A stretch of 64,000 nt of DNA from an uncultured Acidobacteriaceae bacterium (GTDB lineage Bacteria; Acidobacteriota; Terriglobia; Terriglobales; Acidobacteriaceae), in assembly GCA_963724965.1 (NCBI GenBank), contig CAVRWP010000012.1, positions 21,219 through 85,218 of the forward strand, written 5' to 3'. A program made the translations under genes and the position numbers. The notes under the pieces were generated by a model, which ran no database searches, was not told where the DNA came from, and saw nothing but the letters and a program-made list of their open reading frames with translations. Shown here piece after piece: positions 31,323 to 42,259 of the stretch. Numbering within the stretch: the first letter of the stretch is position 1; each line of letters begins with the position of its first letter.

Positions 31323-32079
31323 CAGGCAAGCATGGTGGCGTGGCGAAACTGTGGCTGCTGAACCTGTTCGGCAATGCCGCGCTGCTTGCTGCCTGCTATT
31401 TCTGGCTGCTCCTCCCAGACGCTCGCGGATGGCAGGTCACCGGCTCGGGCCTGCTCGCACTTATCATCATCTTCTTCGGGTTGTGGCTGCGAGCCGGATC
31501 GTTCGCGTACTGCCGCCTTGCGGGATTCCGCGAGCACTCGGAGTTATGGGCAGCCTTTAAGCGATCTCTGCATCACCTGATCGCCCTGGCCCTCTGCCTC
31601 GCGCCGCTCGCCGCTGTTGCCTGGTGGCTGTTCAGCCTGCGGCGATATACGCCTCAATTCGGAGTGTGGTTCTGGCAGAAGTTCTCCGGGCTCCGCTTCG
31701 GTAGTCCGCGAGGCATCTATCACGCTGCCGACTGGGCTCTGCTGATCCTGATGGCGGTTCTGATTATGCTCTGGCTGCCGATAGCCAGCACCGTCTCTGC
31801 CGTCGGATTCAAGGGTCCCGTATCGCACACTCGCTGCGCGCTCTCACGCGCCCCGGCTACTGGGCATGGGTGATCGCGCTCATTCTGATTGGCGGTCTCC
31901 TGCCGTATAAACTGGTCTATTGGGTCCCCGACCTTGGCACGCTCAGGCAGCAGGCATGGAGTGCCGGAGCGCGCCTATTCTTCGCTTACGGGGTGGTGAT
32001 TTCGGTATGGGTGAGCCTTTTGCTGGTGGTTGGTGAGCGGGCCGAGGCCGAAGATCAGCAACCGCCTAACGTACTTTAA
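31319..32079 (+). pseudogene. polytopic membrane protein of unknown function, one frame disruption
   Basis: ORFs 31319..31873 and 31870..32079 join as ...AVGFKG(S)RIAHSLRALTRPGYWAWVIALILIGG after a 1-nt correction near 31813-31825. The ATG overlaps the A2M stop (ATGA). Confidence 0.5.
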
Positions 32080-32337
32080 ACCGGAATCAGAGCTCCTCCA
32101 TTCCGCTGGCGCTCGGCCACGTTTTTTGTACAATACTCCGAACGTTAGACGATCTGGCGGCCTGTCGATCGCCGGCTGCTAAGCTGCGTGGGGTTAGGGC
32201 TATCACTGCATCGGACAACCGCATTTCGATAATCAGCATCTCACGTTCTTCCCACTTCCAGGCGAAGTATGGCCAGTCGTGCGCGATCTTGCTTGGTCAT
32301 CCGTGTAGCTGTAAGAACCCTCGGTTGGAGAAGCTTC

Positions 32338-35300
32338 ATGGACTCGGATAGTTTGGAGGCAGAGAGCTTGCAGCGCCGACATCGACCTGAAGAAACCGAC
32401 GAGAGTTTCGGGCTTTTTAGTGGAGGCGGCGAACTTGGCGAACTGATGCGCGCCAAGGACTGGTCGAAAACGCCGCTTGGACCCGTCAGCACCTGGCCGC
32501 AAAATCTGCGGACCTGCGTTCGCATTGTCTTGACGTCGCGCCAGCCGATGTTCGTCTGGTGGGGCGATGAACTCATCAACCTCTACAACGATGCCTACAA
32601 AGGTATCCTCGGCGGCAAGCATCCCGAGGCGCTCGGCGAACCCGCGCGCATCGTATGGCGTGAAATCTGGGATAAGATTGGGCCGCGCGTCGAAGCCGTT
32701 CTCTCCAACCAGGGCACCTACGATGAGTCGCTCCTGCTGATCATGGAGCGCTACGGCTACAAGGAAGAAACCTACTACACGTTCTCCTACAGCCCCGTGC
32801 CCGACGATCATGGCGGCGTGGGCGGTATCATCTGCGCCAACACCAGCTCAACCGAAATGATCATCAGCGAGCGCCAGATGCACGCGCTCCGCGACCTGGC
32901 CGCCCGCACGGCCGACGCTCGCACTCGCCAGGACGCCTGCCGCCTTAGCGCGCTCAGCCTCGCCGGCAACCCCAAGGACATATGCTTTGCGCTCATCTAT
33001 GTAGCCGACGCTGGCAAGGCTGCAGTCCATCTCGAAGGATGCACCGGAGTAGAGGCCGGAAGTGCAGCGGCGCCGCAGACGGCGACTCTGGATGAGTCTT
33101 CGCTATGGCCGGTCGCGCAGGCTATGGCAACCCACGAAATCCGAGTCGTAGCGACGGCAGGCAAAGCTTTGCCGCCAATCATGGCTCAGGCTTGGAATCA
33201 TCCAGTGCATTCGGTGGCGGTAGTGCCCATCGCGCCTTCCGGTCCTAACGGGCATGCGGGCGCGCTGGTGGTTGGCCTCAATCCCTTCCGTAAGCTCGAC
33301 GACAGCTATCGCGGCTTCCTGAAGCTGGTCGCCGGACAAATCTCGGCCAGCATGGCTAACGCCGCCGCTTACGAAGAAGAGCGGCGTCGAGCCGAAGCGC
33401 TGGCTGAACTAGATCGCGCCAAAACCACGTTCTTCAGTAATGTGAGCCATGAGTTCCGTACCCCGCTGACCCTGATGCTGGGCCCACTGGAGGACTTGCT
33501 GACTCACCATCGCGCCGGGGTTGCCGATGCCGAACTGGACGAGTTGCGAGTGATCCATCGCAACGGCCTGCGCTTGCTGAAACTGGTCAATGCGTTGCTC
33601 GACTTCTCGCGCATTGAAGCCGGGCGCGTTAACGCCCACTATCAGCCGGTCGATCTCTGCGCGCTGACAGCCGAGTTCGCCAGTGTCTTTCGTTCGGCAA
33701 TGGAAAAGGCCGGACTGCGTTTTATAGTCAGCTGTGAATCGGCATCGGAACTGGTCTACGTCGACCCGGAGATGTGGGAGAAAGTCGTCCTCAATCTCCT
33801 GTCGAACGCCTTGAAGTTTACCTTGCAGGGGGAAGTCGAAATATCGATACGCGCGGCCGACGGCTATGCGGTATTGACCGTTCGCGACACTGGTTCAGGC
33901 ATTCCGGAATCTGAGTTGCCACGCGTCTTCGAACGCTTCCACCGCGTGGAGGGCGCCTCTGGACGCACCCACGAGGGTACCGGTATCGGCCTGGCGCTGG
34001 TCGATGAACTGGTGCGGTTGCACGGCGGCACGGTTGCAGTCGACAGCCGTCTCGGAGAAGGTACGACGTTCACCGTCCGCCTTCCGCTGGGCAGCAGTCA
34101 CCTGCCGGCTGAAAGAATCACGCACGATCATGCTGCCCGGACGATTGTGGCAGAGACATCCCCCTATGTTCAGGAGGCCTTGCGCTGGCTCCCCGATTCA
34201 TTGCTGCCTGCGCCGGTGACGGCGGACCGCAGTTCTGGCAATGAAGATCTGACGGCACTGTTCCCTGAGCAACCGGCCACTCGGCCGGCGACAATGGAAA
34301 CCATTCTGCTGGTTGACGACAATCGCGATATGCGCGAGTACGTCCAGGGACTGCTGAGCCGGCAGTATCGCGTGATCCCAGCCCCGGATGGAGAGGAAGC
34401 GCTGGAGCTCGCCCGAGCCACTCTTCCCGACCTCGTGCTGACCGACGTGATGATGCCGCGCATGGACGGCTTTCAACTTCTGAAAGCCTTGCGCGAGGAT
34501 CAGCGAACCATGCTTTTGCCGGTGATCATGCTGTCGGCGCGCGCCGGGGAAGAGTCGCGCGTGGAAGGCATGGAGGCCGGGGCCGACGACTATCTGGTGA
34601 AACCGTTCACGGCGCGTGAACTCATGGCGCGCGTTGGCGCCCACCTCAAAATGAAGCAGATGCGCGAAGAGCTGCGGCTCCGCGAATTGAAAGAGCGCCG
34701 CCGCGCCGAGACTGCCGAAGCGGAATATCGCCGCATCCTGGAGAGCATTTCGGAAGGCTTTATCTTCGTCGATCGCGACTGGACGATCCGGTATGTCAAC
34801 GGTGTGTACGCCCGCTTGGCCCAAGCGACCCCGGAAGATTTGATTGGCAAGAATCTCTGGCAACGCTTTCCTGAAGCCAGCGATACACAATTTGCCGCAG
34901 CCTATCGGAAGGCCATGGAGGATCAGAGAGAAGTTGAGATCGAGGACTTCTATTCGCCCCTCGACGTCTGGTTTCACGTTCACATCTATCCCACCCCGGA
35001 CGGCCTGGCCTTGTTCCTGGCCGATGTAACCGCGCAGCGCAAACAGCGACAGGCGTTGGTCGTCTCCGAGAAACTGGCAGCCGCCGGCCGCCTTGCCAGC
35101 ACCGTGGCGCACGAGATCAACAATCCGCTCGAGTCGGTGGTGAACCTGCTTTACCTGGCGCGCAACTCGAACAGTCCGGAGCAGCAGGAGCAATATCTCG
35201 ATTTTGCCGAACGGGAAATTGGCCGCGTCTCTCACATCGCGCGCCAGACGCTGGGATTTTATCGGGAGACAGCCACGCTCACGCGAATCCCGATTCAAAC

Positions 35301-35790
35301 CGTCGTCGAAACTCTTCTCCAGGTCTACCAGGGCAAGCTGAGAACGAAGAAGATCACGGTCACGACCGATATCGATCCTGAGCTGCAAATTACGGCACGC
35401 GGCGGTGAACTCAACCAGATTCTTTCCAACCTGGTTACGAATGCCATCGACGCCTGCTCGTCCGGCGGTCAGCTCAAGATTGAAGCGAAATCCGTCAGCG
35501 GCGGAGAGGCGGGACTCACGGCCGTCGAGATTATCGTTACCGACAATGGCATCGGCATAAGCGCGCAGGACATCGCACGGGTTTTCGAGCCGTTCTTTAC
35601 AACCAAGAAGGACGTCGGAACGGGCCTGGGACTTTGGGTGGTCAAGCAGATTGTCGAGGGCAGCAAAGGCCGCGTGTCGATCGAGTCCAGCATCGACAGC
35701 GAGAACCACGGTACGTCGGTAAAACTCTATCTGCCAGAAGTGGAAGAAACCCGAGCCAAGTCCGCTTCGCCGTCAACCTCAGCCGCCTGA
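32338..35790 (+). CDS. hybrid sensor histidine kinase: PAS-GAF-HisKA-HATPase-REC-PAS-HisKA-HATPase
   Basis: First H-box SHEFRTPL with GTGIGLALV. Receiver LLVDDN...LTDVMMPRMDG...DYLVKPF. Second H-box AHEINNPL with GTGLGLWVV. A GGAG RBS favours the ATG at 32338. Confidence 0.9.
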   Translation: MDSDSLEAESLQRRHRPEETDESFGLFSGGGELGELMRAKDWSKTPLGPVSTWPQNLRTCVRIVLTSRQPMFVWWGDELINLYNDAYKGILGGKHPEALGEPARIVWREIWDKIGPRVEAVLSNQGTYDESLLLIMERYGYKEETYYTFSYSPVPDDHGGVGGIICANTSSTEMIISERQMHALRDLAARTADARTRQDACRLSALSLAGNPKDICFALIYVADAGKAAVHLEGCTGVEAGSAAAPQTATLDESSLWPVAQAMATHEIRVVATAGKALPPIMAQAWNHPVHSVAVVPIAPSGPNGHAGALVVGLNPFRKLDDSYRGFLKLVAGQISASMANAAAYEEERRRAEALAELDRAKTTFFSNVSHEFRTPLTLMLGPLEDLLTHHRAGVADAELDELRVIHRNGLRLLKLVNALLDFSRIEAGRVNAHYQPVDLCALTAEFASVFRSAMEKAGLRFIVSCESASELVYVDPEMWEKVVLNLLSNALKFTLQGEVEISIRAADGYAVLTVRDTGSGIPESELPRVFERFHRVEGASGRTHEGTGIGLALVDELVRLHGGTVAVDSRLGEGTTFTVRLPLGSSHLPAERITHDHAARTIVAETSPYVQEALRWLPDSLLPAPVTADRSSGNEDLTALFPEQPATRPATMETILLVDDNRDMREYVQGLLSRQYRVIPAPDGEEALELARATLPDLVLTDVMMPRMDGFQLLKALREDQRTMLLPVIMLSARAGEESRVEGMEAGADDYLVKPFTARELMARVGAHLKMKQMREELRLRELKERRRAETAEAEYRRILESISEGFIFVDRDWTIRYVNGVYARLAQATPEDLIGKNLWQRFPEASDTQFAAAYRKAMEDQREVEIEDFYSPLDVWFHVHIYPTPDGLALFLADVTAQRKQRQALVVSEKLAAAGRLASTVAHEINNPLESVVNLLYLARNSNSPEQQEQYLDFAEREIGRVSHIARQTLGFYRETATLTRIPIQTVVETLLQVYQGKLRTKKITVTTDIDPELQITARGGELNQILSNLVTNAIDACSSGGQLKIEAKSVSGGEAGLTAVEIIVTDNGIGISAQDIARVFEPFFTTKKDVGTGLGLWVVKQIVEGSKGRVSIESSIDSENHGTSVKLYLPEVEETRAKSASPSTSAA

Positions 35791-35940
35791 AACGACGGCG
35801 TTCGGCTTTGAAGGGACGCGTGTTTCTGTACGCCGTAACTCATATTTAGTTTCTAAGCGAGGCGGTCGTCCGGCCGACCGAACTTGCTTCTTCGCTGAGG
35901 GTTCCACCCACACCTGCTCGCACTTTCGCGCAATTCCGGC

Positions 35941-37698
35941 TTACGTTTCCAGAGTGTATCGGGCGGCGGCCAGCCGGTACATTCTGCGCCAGACCAGCCG
36001 ATTCACTGTGACGACAACCAGCGCCATAACGATGGTCGAGGCCAGCAGCAGGGCGAAGTTGCCGGAGTCGGTGGCCCGCGAGATGGTCGCACCCAATCCG
36101 ACCGTCGTGTAGGTTTGATCTTTCAGACGGAAATATTCGGCAACGATGCTGGCGTTCCACGCGCCACCCGATGCGGTAACTAATCCGGTGACGAGATAGG
36201 GAAAGATGCCAGGCAGAATGAGCCTGCGCCAGCGCTGAGCGCGACTGAACTTGAACAGCGAAGACGCCTCTTTCAGGTCGGTGGGAATGGCCATCGCGCC
36301 GGCAATCACGTTGAACAGGATGTACCACTGCGTTCCGAGCAGCAGCAGCACCACCGATCCGATGCCAAGCCCGCCACCGATGCGAATCAGCAGCAACAGG
36401 ACAATCGGAAACAACGCCGTCGCCGGGACCGATGCCGCAATCTGCGCCAGCGGCTGCGCGATGCGCGCCAGCTTCGGATTGAAGCCGATCGCGACGCCCA
36501 CCGGAATCGTCCACAGAGATCCAATCACCAGCGCGACGAGCACGCGCCCGAAGGTCGCCGCCGCGCCAGCCATGATCTGGTGATAGTCGCTCGTGTTTAA
36601 CTGCATCAGCATGCCGACAGTTCGGATCATGGCGTAAAACACCGCGATCACGGCGACAGAAGCGATGATTCGTCCGACCCAGACTTTCCAGCCAGGCGGC
36701 GTAGCTTCCTCAGTCTCGGCCCCGAACTCGCGCGCAAAGTGCAGCGTCAGACGCTCACGCAGCGGGTGAATCACTCGCTTCCGCAGCCGAACCAGCAGTC
36801 GCGAATGCTGCACCAGATCGAGGAACCACGACTGCGGTGCGTCGGTGCTCTCCACCTGCTCTACTTTGAACTTTTCAGCCCAGGCAATAATCGGCCGCCA
36901 CACGATCTGATCGAGCAGTACGATCACGGCGATCATGGTGCCGATGCCCCACAGGATCGCCTCGGTATCGCCCGCACTGGCTGCGGTTTGCAGATACGAG
37001 CCCAGGCCGGGCAAGCGGAAATCATTCGAGCCAAGCACGAACATCTCGCAGGCCATCAGGAAGAACCAGCCCCCGGCTACCGACATCATGGAGTTCCAGA
37101 CCAGGCCGATAGCCGCATAGGGCAACTCAAACTGCATGAAGCGCTGATACCAGCCGAAGCGATAAATCTTGGCCGCCTCGCGCATGTCGCGCGGAATGCT
37201 CTTCAGCGACGAGTAGAAGCTGAACGCCATGTTCCACACCTGCCCGGTGAAGATGAGCAGGATGGCGCCCATCTCGACGCCGATCTGGTGATGGGGAAAA
37301 AGCGCCACCATCGCCAGCATGACGCCCGGCAGAAAGCTCAGCACCGGGATCGACTGCAGGATGTCGAGCAACGGGATCATGATGCGCTCAGCCCGCGGAT
37401 TGTAGGCCGCCACGTAGCCGTACACCAGGGTGAACGCCAGCGACAGGATATAAGCGATGGTGATGCGCAGCAGCGAATACGCCGCGTAGAGGGGAAGATG
37501 GGAAGGGTCGCGCGAAATTTCGACGTGCGGATTAAACGGCCCAAACCACGTGCGGGCCATCACGATAATCGCGTAGAAAACCGACAGCCCGGCCGCGAAG
37601 ATGAAGAAGTCGGTGACCACCGACCAGGTCTGCGCCGGCAGCAACGACCACGGGCCCTTGCCAAGGATGCGAACCGGCTGCCAGTCCGAGCGAGCCAT
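35941..37698 (-). CDS. ABC transporter permease, two fused permease domains (NitT/TauT-like)
   Basis: 585 aa and highly hydrophobic, with duplicated permease-like halves. The start overlaps the stop of the upstream ATPase gene. Confidence 0.8.
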   Translation of the reverse strand: MARSDWQPVRILGKGPWSLLPAQTWSVVTDFFIFAAGLSVFYAIIVMARTWFGPFNPHVEISRDPSHLPLYAAYSLLRITIAYILSLAFTLVYGYVAAYNPRAERIMIPLLDILQSIPVLSFLPGVMLAMVALFPHHQIGVEMGAILLIFTGQVWNMAFSFYSSLKSIPRDMREAAKIYRFGWYQRFMQFELPYAAIGLVWNSMMSVAGGWFFLMACEMFVLGSNDFRLPGLGSYLQTAASAGDTEAILWGIGTMIAVIVLLDQIVWRPIIAWAEKFKVEQVESTDAPQSWFLDLVQHSRLLVRLRKRVIHPLRERLTLHFAREFGAETEEATPPGWKVWVGRIIASVAVIAVFYAMIRTVGMLMQLNTSDYHQIMAGAAATFGRVLVALVIGSLWTIPVGVAIGFNPKLARIAQPLAQIAASVPATALFPIVLLLLIRIGGGLGIGSVVLLLLGTQWYILFNVIAGAMAIPTDLKEASSLFKFSRAQRWRRLILPGIFPYLVTGLVTASGGAWNASIVAEYFRLKDQTYTTVGLGATISRATDSGNFALLLASTIVMALVVVTVNRLVWRRMYRLAAARYTLET

Positions 37699-39038
37699 CA
37701 GGCGCCTTCCACGGCCGGCAGAACATCGGCGTCTTCACGATGGAAAAGGCGTCCGTTCTCAGAGTCGTAATCGAAGATCTCCGCGTAGCGTCCCCAGTTC
37801 AGCGCGGTCTGGAACTGGCGCTCCACTTCGTCCGAGCTGAAGTGTTCATCCAGGATGTCGCGGAAGAACTCCTCGCCGATGGCATGGTCGCGCTTGGCGT
37901 GCAGCGTGTTTTCGATGAGCCGCAGGATCGCGATGTTTTTCAGCGCGGCCTCGCGAAACAGCGTTTTCTGTGTCTGAATATCGGCTTCGGAAAAGCTTTT
38001 GCCCTCCGGCGTGATCTCCACGTCGCCTTCCCGCAGAACGGCAAAGCCGAGTAGCTCCGACGCCTCGACAATCGGCAGCAGATCGTCGACATCCATTGAG
38101 AGCTCGTCAGCCAGCTTGTACAGGTCGTCGCGGCCATTGCGGTCAGACAGGAGCTCCAGGAAACCGGCGATGCCGCCCGGACGCGCGTGCGGCAGCATCT
38201 GGAACTTCGTGCGCTCGCGTGAACGTCCATTGTTGGAAGCAGCCGTTTCCTTGCCCGGAATCTCCGCCTCCTCCTGCGGACGCGTCAGCGTCTTGTAGAT
38301 GTAGTCGACGTAGGCGAGAAAGCGCGGCGACTTGCGGTCCCGATACTGCGGGATGTCGATCTCAAAGTCCGAGCGAATGCGCGCCGGGTTGCGGCCCAGC
38401 ACGATCACGCGATCCGCGAGCAGCACGGCTTCTTCAATGTTGTGAGTCACGATGAAGATCGCCTGAGTCGGCATCTTCTTGCTCAGCCACAATTCCAGCA
38501 ACTCGGAGCGCAGGTTCTCCGCCGTAAGCACGTCCAGTGCGGAGAACGGCTCGTCCATGAACAGCACTTCCGGCTCAACCACCAGCGCACGGGCGAAACC
38601 CACACGTTGCTTCATGCCTCCGGAGAGTTCCTTGGGATAGGCCGTCTCGAATCCGTCGAGACCGACCGTATCGATCATCTTCAGAGCGCGCTTATGGCGC
38701 TCGATAGCGCCTACGCCGCGCGCTACCAGTGGCGCTTCGACGTTCTCCAGGACCGTCAGCCAGGGAAACAGTGCGAAGCTCTGGAAGACGATGGACACGT
38801 TCGGAATCTGCCCGTCCATCATCTTGCCGTGCCACAGCACGTGACCTGACGACGGTTTGGACAGCCCGGTCAGCATGCGCAGCAAGGTCGATTTGCCTGA
38901 ACCAGACGGTCCCAGCAGTCCCACGATTTTGCCGGGGTGCACTTCGAGATCGGTCGGCGCGATCACCTCAATGCGATTTCCGTCGGGCTGGACGTAGTAT
39001 TTCTCTACGCCCCGGGCTTGGATGATGGCCTCGGACAA
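37698..39038 (-). CDS. ABC transporter ATP-binding protein with extra C-terminal domain
   Basis: Walker A GPSGSGKST, signature LSGGMKQR, Walker B LFMDEPFSALD. A roughly 190-aa C-terminal extension. Confidence 0.9.
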   Translation of the reverse strand: MSEAIIQARGVEKYYVQPDGNRIEVIAPTDLEVHPGKIVGLLGPSGSGKSTLLRMLTGLSKPSSGHVLWHGKMMDGQIPNVSIVFQSFALFPWLTVLENVEAPLVARGVGAIERHKRALKMIDTVGLDGFETAYPKELSGGMKQRVGFARALVVEPEVLFMDEPFSALDVLTAENLRSELLELWLSKKMPTQAIFIVTHNIEEAVLLADRVIVLGRNPARIRSDFEIDIPQYRDRKSPRFLAYVDYIYKTLTRPQEEAEIPGKETAASNNGRSRERTKFQMLPHARPGGIAGFLELLSDRNGRDDLYKLADELSMDVDDLLPIVEASELLGFAVLREGDVEITPEGKSFSEADIQTQKTLFREAALKNIAILRLIENTLHAKRDHAIGEEFFRDILDEHFSSDEVERQFQTALNWGRYAEIFDYDSENGRLFHREDADVLPAVEGA

Positions 39039-39163
39039 GAACTTCCCTTTCTTCTGAATTAGTTCTCCAGTCTAGGTGTACTTGAGGTAAGGAACAACAC
39101 GCAAGCAGGGCATTGTGAAAGGACAGTAAATTTCGCCAGCATCGTGCCGCGCCTGCTGATCGA

Positions 39164-39406
39164 TCAGGCCGTCGTGTTCAGCTTCTTGTCGTTTTCCGCG
39201 CCCGGGGAGATGGATGGCGTATCGCCCGCCTTGGCCACATGCGCCGTCTCCGGCACAGGAAATGGCCTGGGCTGGACGGCTTGACTGTGCTTCTGGCTGC
39301 GGCGGCTGCGCTGGTAGTTGTACTCAAACCACGCAGCGGCACCACCAACGACGACGAGGGCAAGCCAATTCATCGAGATCGCACCGAATATAATTCGATG
39401 CGTCAT
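39164..39406 (-). CDS. 80-aa single-pass membrane protein translationally coupled to kdpC
   Basis: The ATG overlaps the kdpC stop (ATGA at 39403-39406). TM segment is WLALVVVGGAAAWF. Confidence 0.5.
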   Translation of the reverse strand: MTHRIIFGAISMNWLALVVVGGAAAWFEYNYQRSRRSQKHSQAVQPRPFPVPETAHVAKAGDTPSISPGAENDKKLNTTA

Positions 39407-40029
39407 CTCGCCGCGGTGCTGCCGCCTTGCGCGGGCAGACTGAGCTGCGCCTTCATGCTGCCCGAACGCCCATTGTCGTCTAATGCCAGATTCACTTCCA
39501 GTACATTGACCCGCGGCTCGCCCAGGAATCCAAGCTGCCGTCCGTACGTGTACTTCTGAATAATGGCGCGCACTTGCTCAGGAGTCATGCCGCGTTCGCT
39601 GGCAATGCGCGTCACCTGGAACTCTGCTCCCGCCGGCGTGATGTCCGGATCCAGACCCGACGCCGAAGTCGTTACCAGGTCGATCGGCACCGGCTGCGCG
39701 GGATTTTCTTTTTGTAGTCGCGCTACGTCGCCGGCCACGCGTTCAACGAGCTTCTGATTGGTTGGGCCCAGGTTTGAGCCGCCGGAGTTCGCGGCATCGT
39801 ATCCGTTACCCGCAGCCGAAGGCCGGGAATGCAAATACCCGGGCCCAGCAAACTGCTGCCCGATGATGCGCGAACCGACGACCTGCCCATTGCGCGAGAT
39901 CATCTGGCCGTTAGCCTTGTCGTGAAACAGCCCCTGCGCCAGCGCGGTGACGATCAGGGGATAGATCACACCCAGCAGCACGGTGGTAACGATGGTCATT
40001 AGTATTGCGATCTTCAGATTTTGCTTCAT
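39403..40029 (-). CDS. kdpC: K+-transporting ATPase subunit C
   Basis: N-terminal TM followed by the conserved GSNLGPTN and SGLDPDITPA segments. It follows kdpB. Confidence 0.9.
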   Translation of the reverse strand: MKQNLKIAILMTIVTTVLLGVIYPLIVTALAQGLFHDKANGQMISRNGQVVGSRIIGQQFAGPGYLHSRPSAAGNGYDAANSGGSNLGPTNQKLVERVAGDVARLQKENPAQPVPIDLVTTSASGLDPDITPAGAEFQVTRIASERGMTPEQVRAIIQKYTYGRQLGFLGEPRVNVLEVNLALDDNGRSGSMKAQLSLPAQGGSTAAR

Positions 40030-40054
40030 AGTTCGTTCCTAATCTTCGAGTGAG

Positions 40055-40147
40055 TTCACCGCAGAGGACTCAGAGAAACTTGAGATCTGTTCGAGGACTA
40101 GTCCTTTAAACCTGCAAGACCGATGCTCCCCGTTCCTCCGAGGTGAA
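40055..40147. repeat. REP-like hairpin element, family C, in the kdpB-kdpC spacer
   Basis: ttcaccgcagagga ... tcctccgaggtgaa arms. Inner perfect palindrome aggactagtcct. Confidence 0.55.
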
Positions 40148-40156
40148 GAATTCCGT

Positions 40157-42247
40157 TTACGCCAAACCAACTCTCGTAATCAGCATGTCAATCAACTTAA
40201 TCCCGATGAACGGCACGATAATTCCGCCCACGCCATAGATCCACAAATTGCGACGCAACAACGCCGCCGCGCTCAGCGGGCGATATTTCACGCCGCGTAG
40301 AGCCAGCGGAATCAACGCAATGATGATCACGGCATTGAAGATCACCGCCGACAGGATCGCCGACTGCGGCGTCCGCAGATGCATGATGTTCAGCGCGTTC
40401 AGCACCGGGAAAGTTCCGGCGAACATCGCCGGGATGATGGCGAAATACTTCGCCACATCGTTGGCAATGGAAAATGTCGTCAGCGAACCGCGCGTCATCA
40501 GCAACTGCTTGCCGATGGCCACCACCTCGATCAGCTTGGTCGGGTTGGAGTCCAGGTCGACCATGTTGCCGGCTTCTTTCGCCGCCTGCGTGCCGGTATT
40601 CATGGCGACGCCTACGTCGGCCTGCGCCAGCGCCGGAGCGTCGTTGGTTCCATCGCCGGTCATCGCTACCAGTTTGCCCTGTGCCTGCTCGCGGCGGATC
40701 AGGTCCATCTTGTCTTTCGGTGTCGCTTCAGCAAGAAAGTCATCCACACCAGCCTCGCGCGCAATAGCTGCGGCGGTCAGCGGATTGTCGCCGGTGATCA
40801 TCACCGTCTTGATGCCGATGGCGCGCAGCTGATCGAAGCGATCGCGCATGCCACCCTTCACGATGTCCTTCAGGTGAATGACCCCCAGCGCGCGGCGCTG
40901 CTCGGCCACAACCAGCGGCGTGCCGCCAGAGCGCGCAATGGTTTCCACCGCCGACTGCAACTCGGCGGGCATGCTGGCGCCGTTGGCAGCCAGGTAGCGC
41001 GTGATGGCATCAACCGCGCCCTTGCGGATCTGGTTGCCATTCATGTTCACGCCCGACATGCGCGTCTGCGCCGTGAACGGCACAAACTCCATCTCGTGCG
41101 AGCTCAGTTCCCTGCCGCGTAGGCCATAGCGATCCTTCGCCAGCACGACAATCGACCGGCCCTCCGGCGTCTCATCAGCCAGCGAAGATAGTTGTGCTGC
41201 ATCGGCCATCTCACGTTCGCTCACGCCCGGCGCTGGAATGAACTCCGACGCCTGACGGTTCCCCAGCGTAATGGTTCCCGTTTTATCGAGCAGCAGCGTA
41301 TCGACATCGCCGGCGGCTTCCACCGCGCGGCCTGACATCGCCAGTACGTTGTGCTGAATCAGCCGATCCATGCCGGCGATGCCGATGGCCGACAGCAGGC
41401 CACCGATCGTCGTCGGGATCAGGCAGACCAGCAGCGAAACCAGCACAAACACCGTCTGGGGCGAGCCGGAATAAATCGCGAACGGCTGCAACGTCACCAC
41501 TGCCAGCAGGAAGATGATGGTCAACCCGGCCAGCAGAATGTTGAGCGCGATCTCATTCGGCGTCTTCTGCCGCTCGGCGCCTTCTACCAGCGCGATCATG
41601 CGGTCGAGAAAGGTCTCGCCGGGATTCGACGTGACCTTCACGCGAATCTGGTCGGAGAGCACACGCGTTCCTCCGGTCACAGCCGAGCGATCGCCGCCTG
41701 CTTCGCGAATCACGGGAGCCGACTCTCCCGTAATCGCCGACTCATCCACCGATGCGACGCCTTCGATGATCTCGCCATCCGATGGAACAAACTCGCTGGC
41801 CGAAACCACCACCACATCGCCCGCGCGCAGCTTGGAACTGGCCACCTTCTCGATCTGCCCGGCGCCAAGCTCACGATTGGCCATCGTCTCCGAGCGCGCC
41901 TTGCGCAAGGTGTCAGCCTGAGCCTTGCCGCGACCCTCGGCCATCGCCTCCGCAAAGTTGGCGAACAGCACCGTGAACCACAGCCACAGCGTGATCTGCA
42001 GATTGAAACTGAAGGCTGTGCCCCCGCGGAACAGCAGGAGCGTCGTGATTACGCTCCCAATCTCGACCACGAACATCACCGGATTGGCCGCCATGTGCCG
42101 CGGATCGAGTTTGACCAGCGCGTCCACGATGGCGCGCCGCACGATGCTCCACTCCCAGATTGCCTTCTTCTTCGACTTGCGCGGGGACGAGCCCACGTCC
42201 GTCATCTTCGGTGATGTACTAACGCCCGACTCCATAGTGCTTGCCAT
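40157..42247 (-). CDS. kdpB: K+-transporting P-type ATPase subunit B
   Basis: [10 protein letters not shown] phosphorylation motif and [18 protein letters not shown]. 696 aa. Confidence 0.95.
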   Translation of the reverse strand: MASTMESGVSTSPKMTDVGSSPRKSKKKAIWEWSIVRRAIVDALVKLDPRHMAANPVMFVVEIGSVITTLLLFRGGTAFSFNLQITLWLWFTVLFANFAEAMAEGRGKAQADTLRKARSETMANRELGAGQIEKVASSKLRAGDVVVVSASEFVPSDGEIIEGVASVDESAITGESAPVIREAGGDRSAVTGGTRVLSDQIRVKVTSNPGETFLDRMIALVEGAERQKTPNEIALNILLAGLTIIFLLAVVTLQPFAIYSGSPQTVFVLVSLLVCLIPTTIGGLLSAIGIAGMDRLIQHNVLAMSGRAVEAAGDVDTLLLDKTGTITLGNRQASEFIPAPGVSEREMADAAQLSSLADETPEGRSIVVLAKDRYGLRGRELSSHEMEFVPFTAQTRMSGVNMNGNQIRKGAVDAITRYLAANGASMPAELQSAVETIARSGGTPLVVAEQRRALGVIHLKDIVKGGMRDRFDQLRAIGIKTVMITGDNPLTAAAIAREAGVDDFLAEATPKDKMDLIRREQAQGKLVAMTGDGTNDAPALAQADVGVAMNTGTQAAKEAGNMVDLDSNPTKLIEVVAIGKQLLMTRGSLTTFSIANDVAKYFAIIPAMFAGTFPVLNALNIMHLRTPQSAILSAVIFNAVIIIALIPLALRGVKYRPLSAAALLRRNLWIYGVGGIIVPFIGIKLIDMLITRVGLA

Positions 42248-42259
42248 TGCCCAATCCTT

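Noticed and set aside
34198-35709. Long antisense ORFs opposite well-supported genes. Examples are 34198..35709 (503 aa), 44242..45849 (535 aa), 28952..30781 (609 aa), 27601..28899, 36739..37770, 23765..24940, 6959..8002, 46398..47324, 48160..49074 and 50710..51672.
   Set aside because: They are typical shadow ORFs of GC-rich DNA. They have Arg/Ala/Gly/Pro-rich low-complexity translations and no recognisable motifs. Each lies fully inside a gene on the other strand that carries diagnostic motifs.
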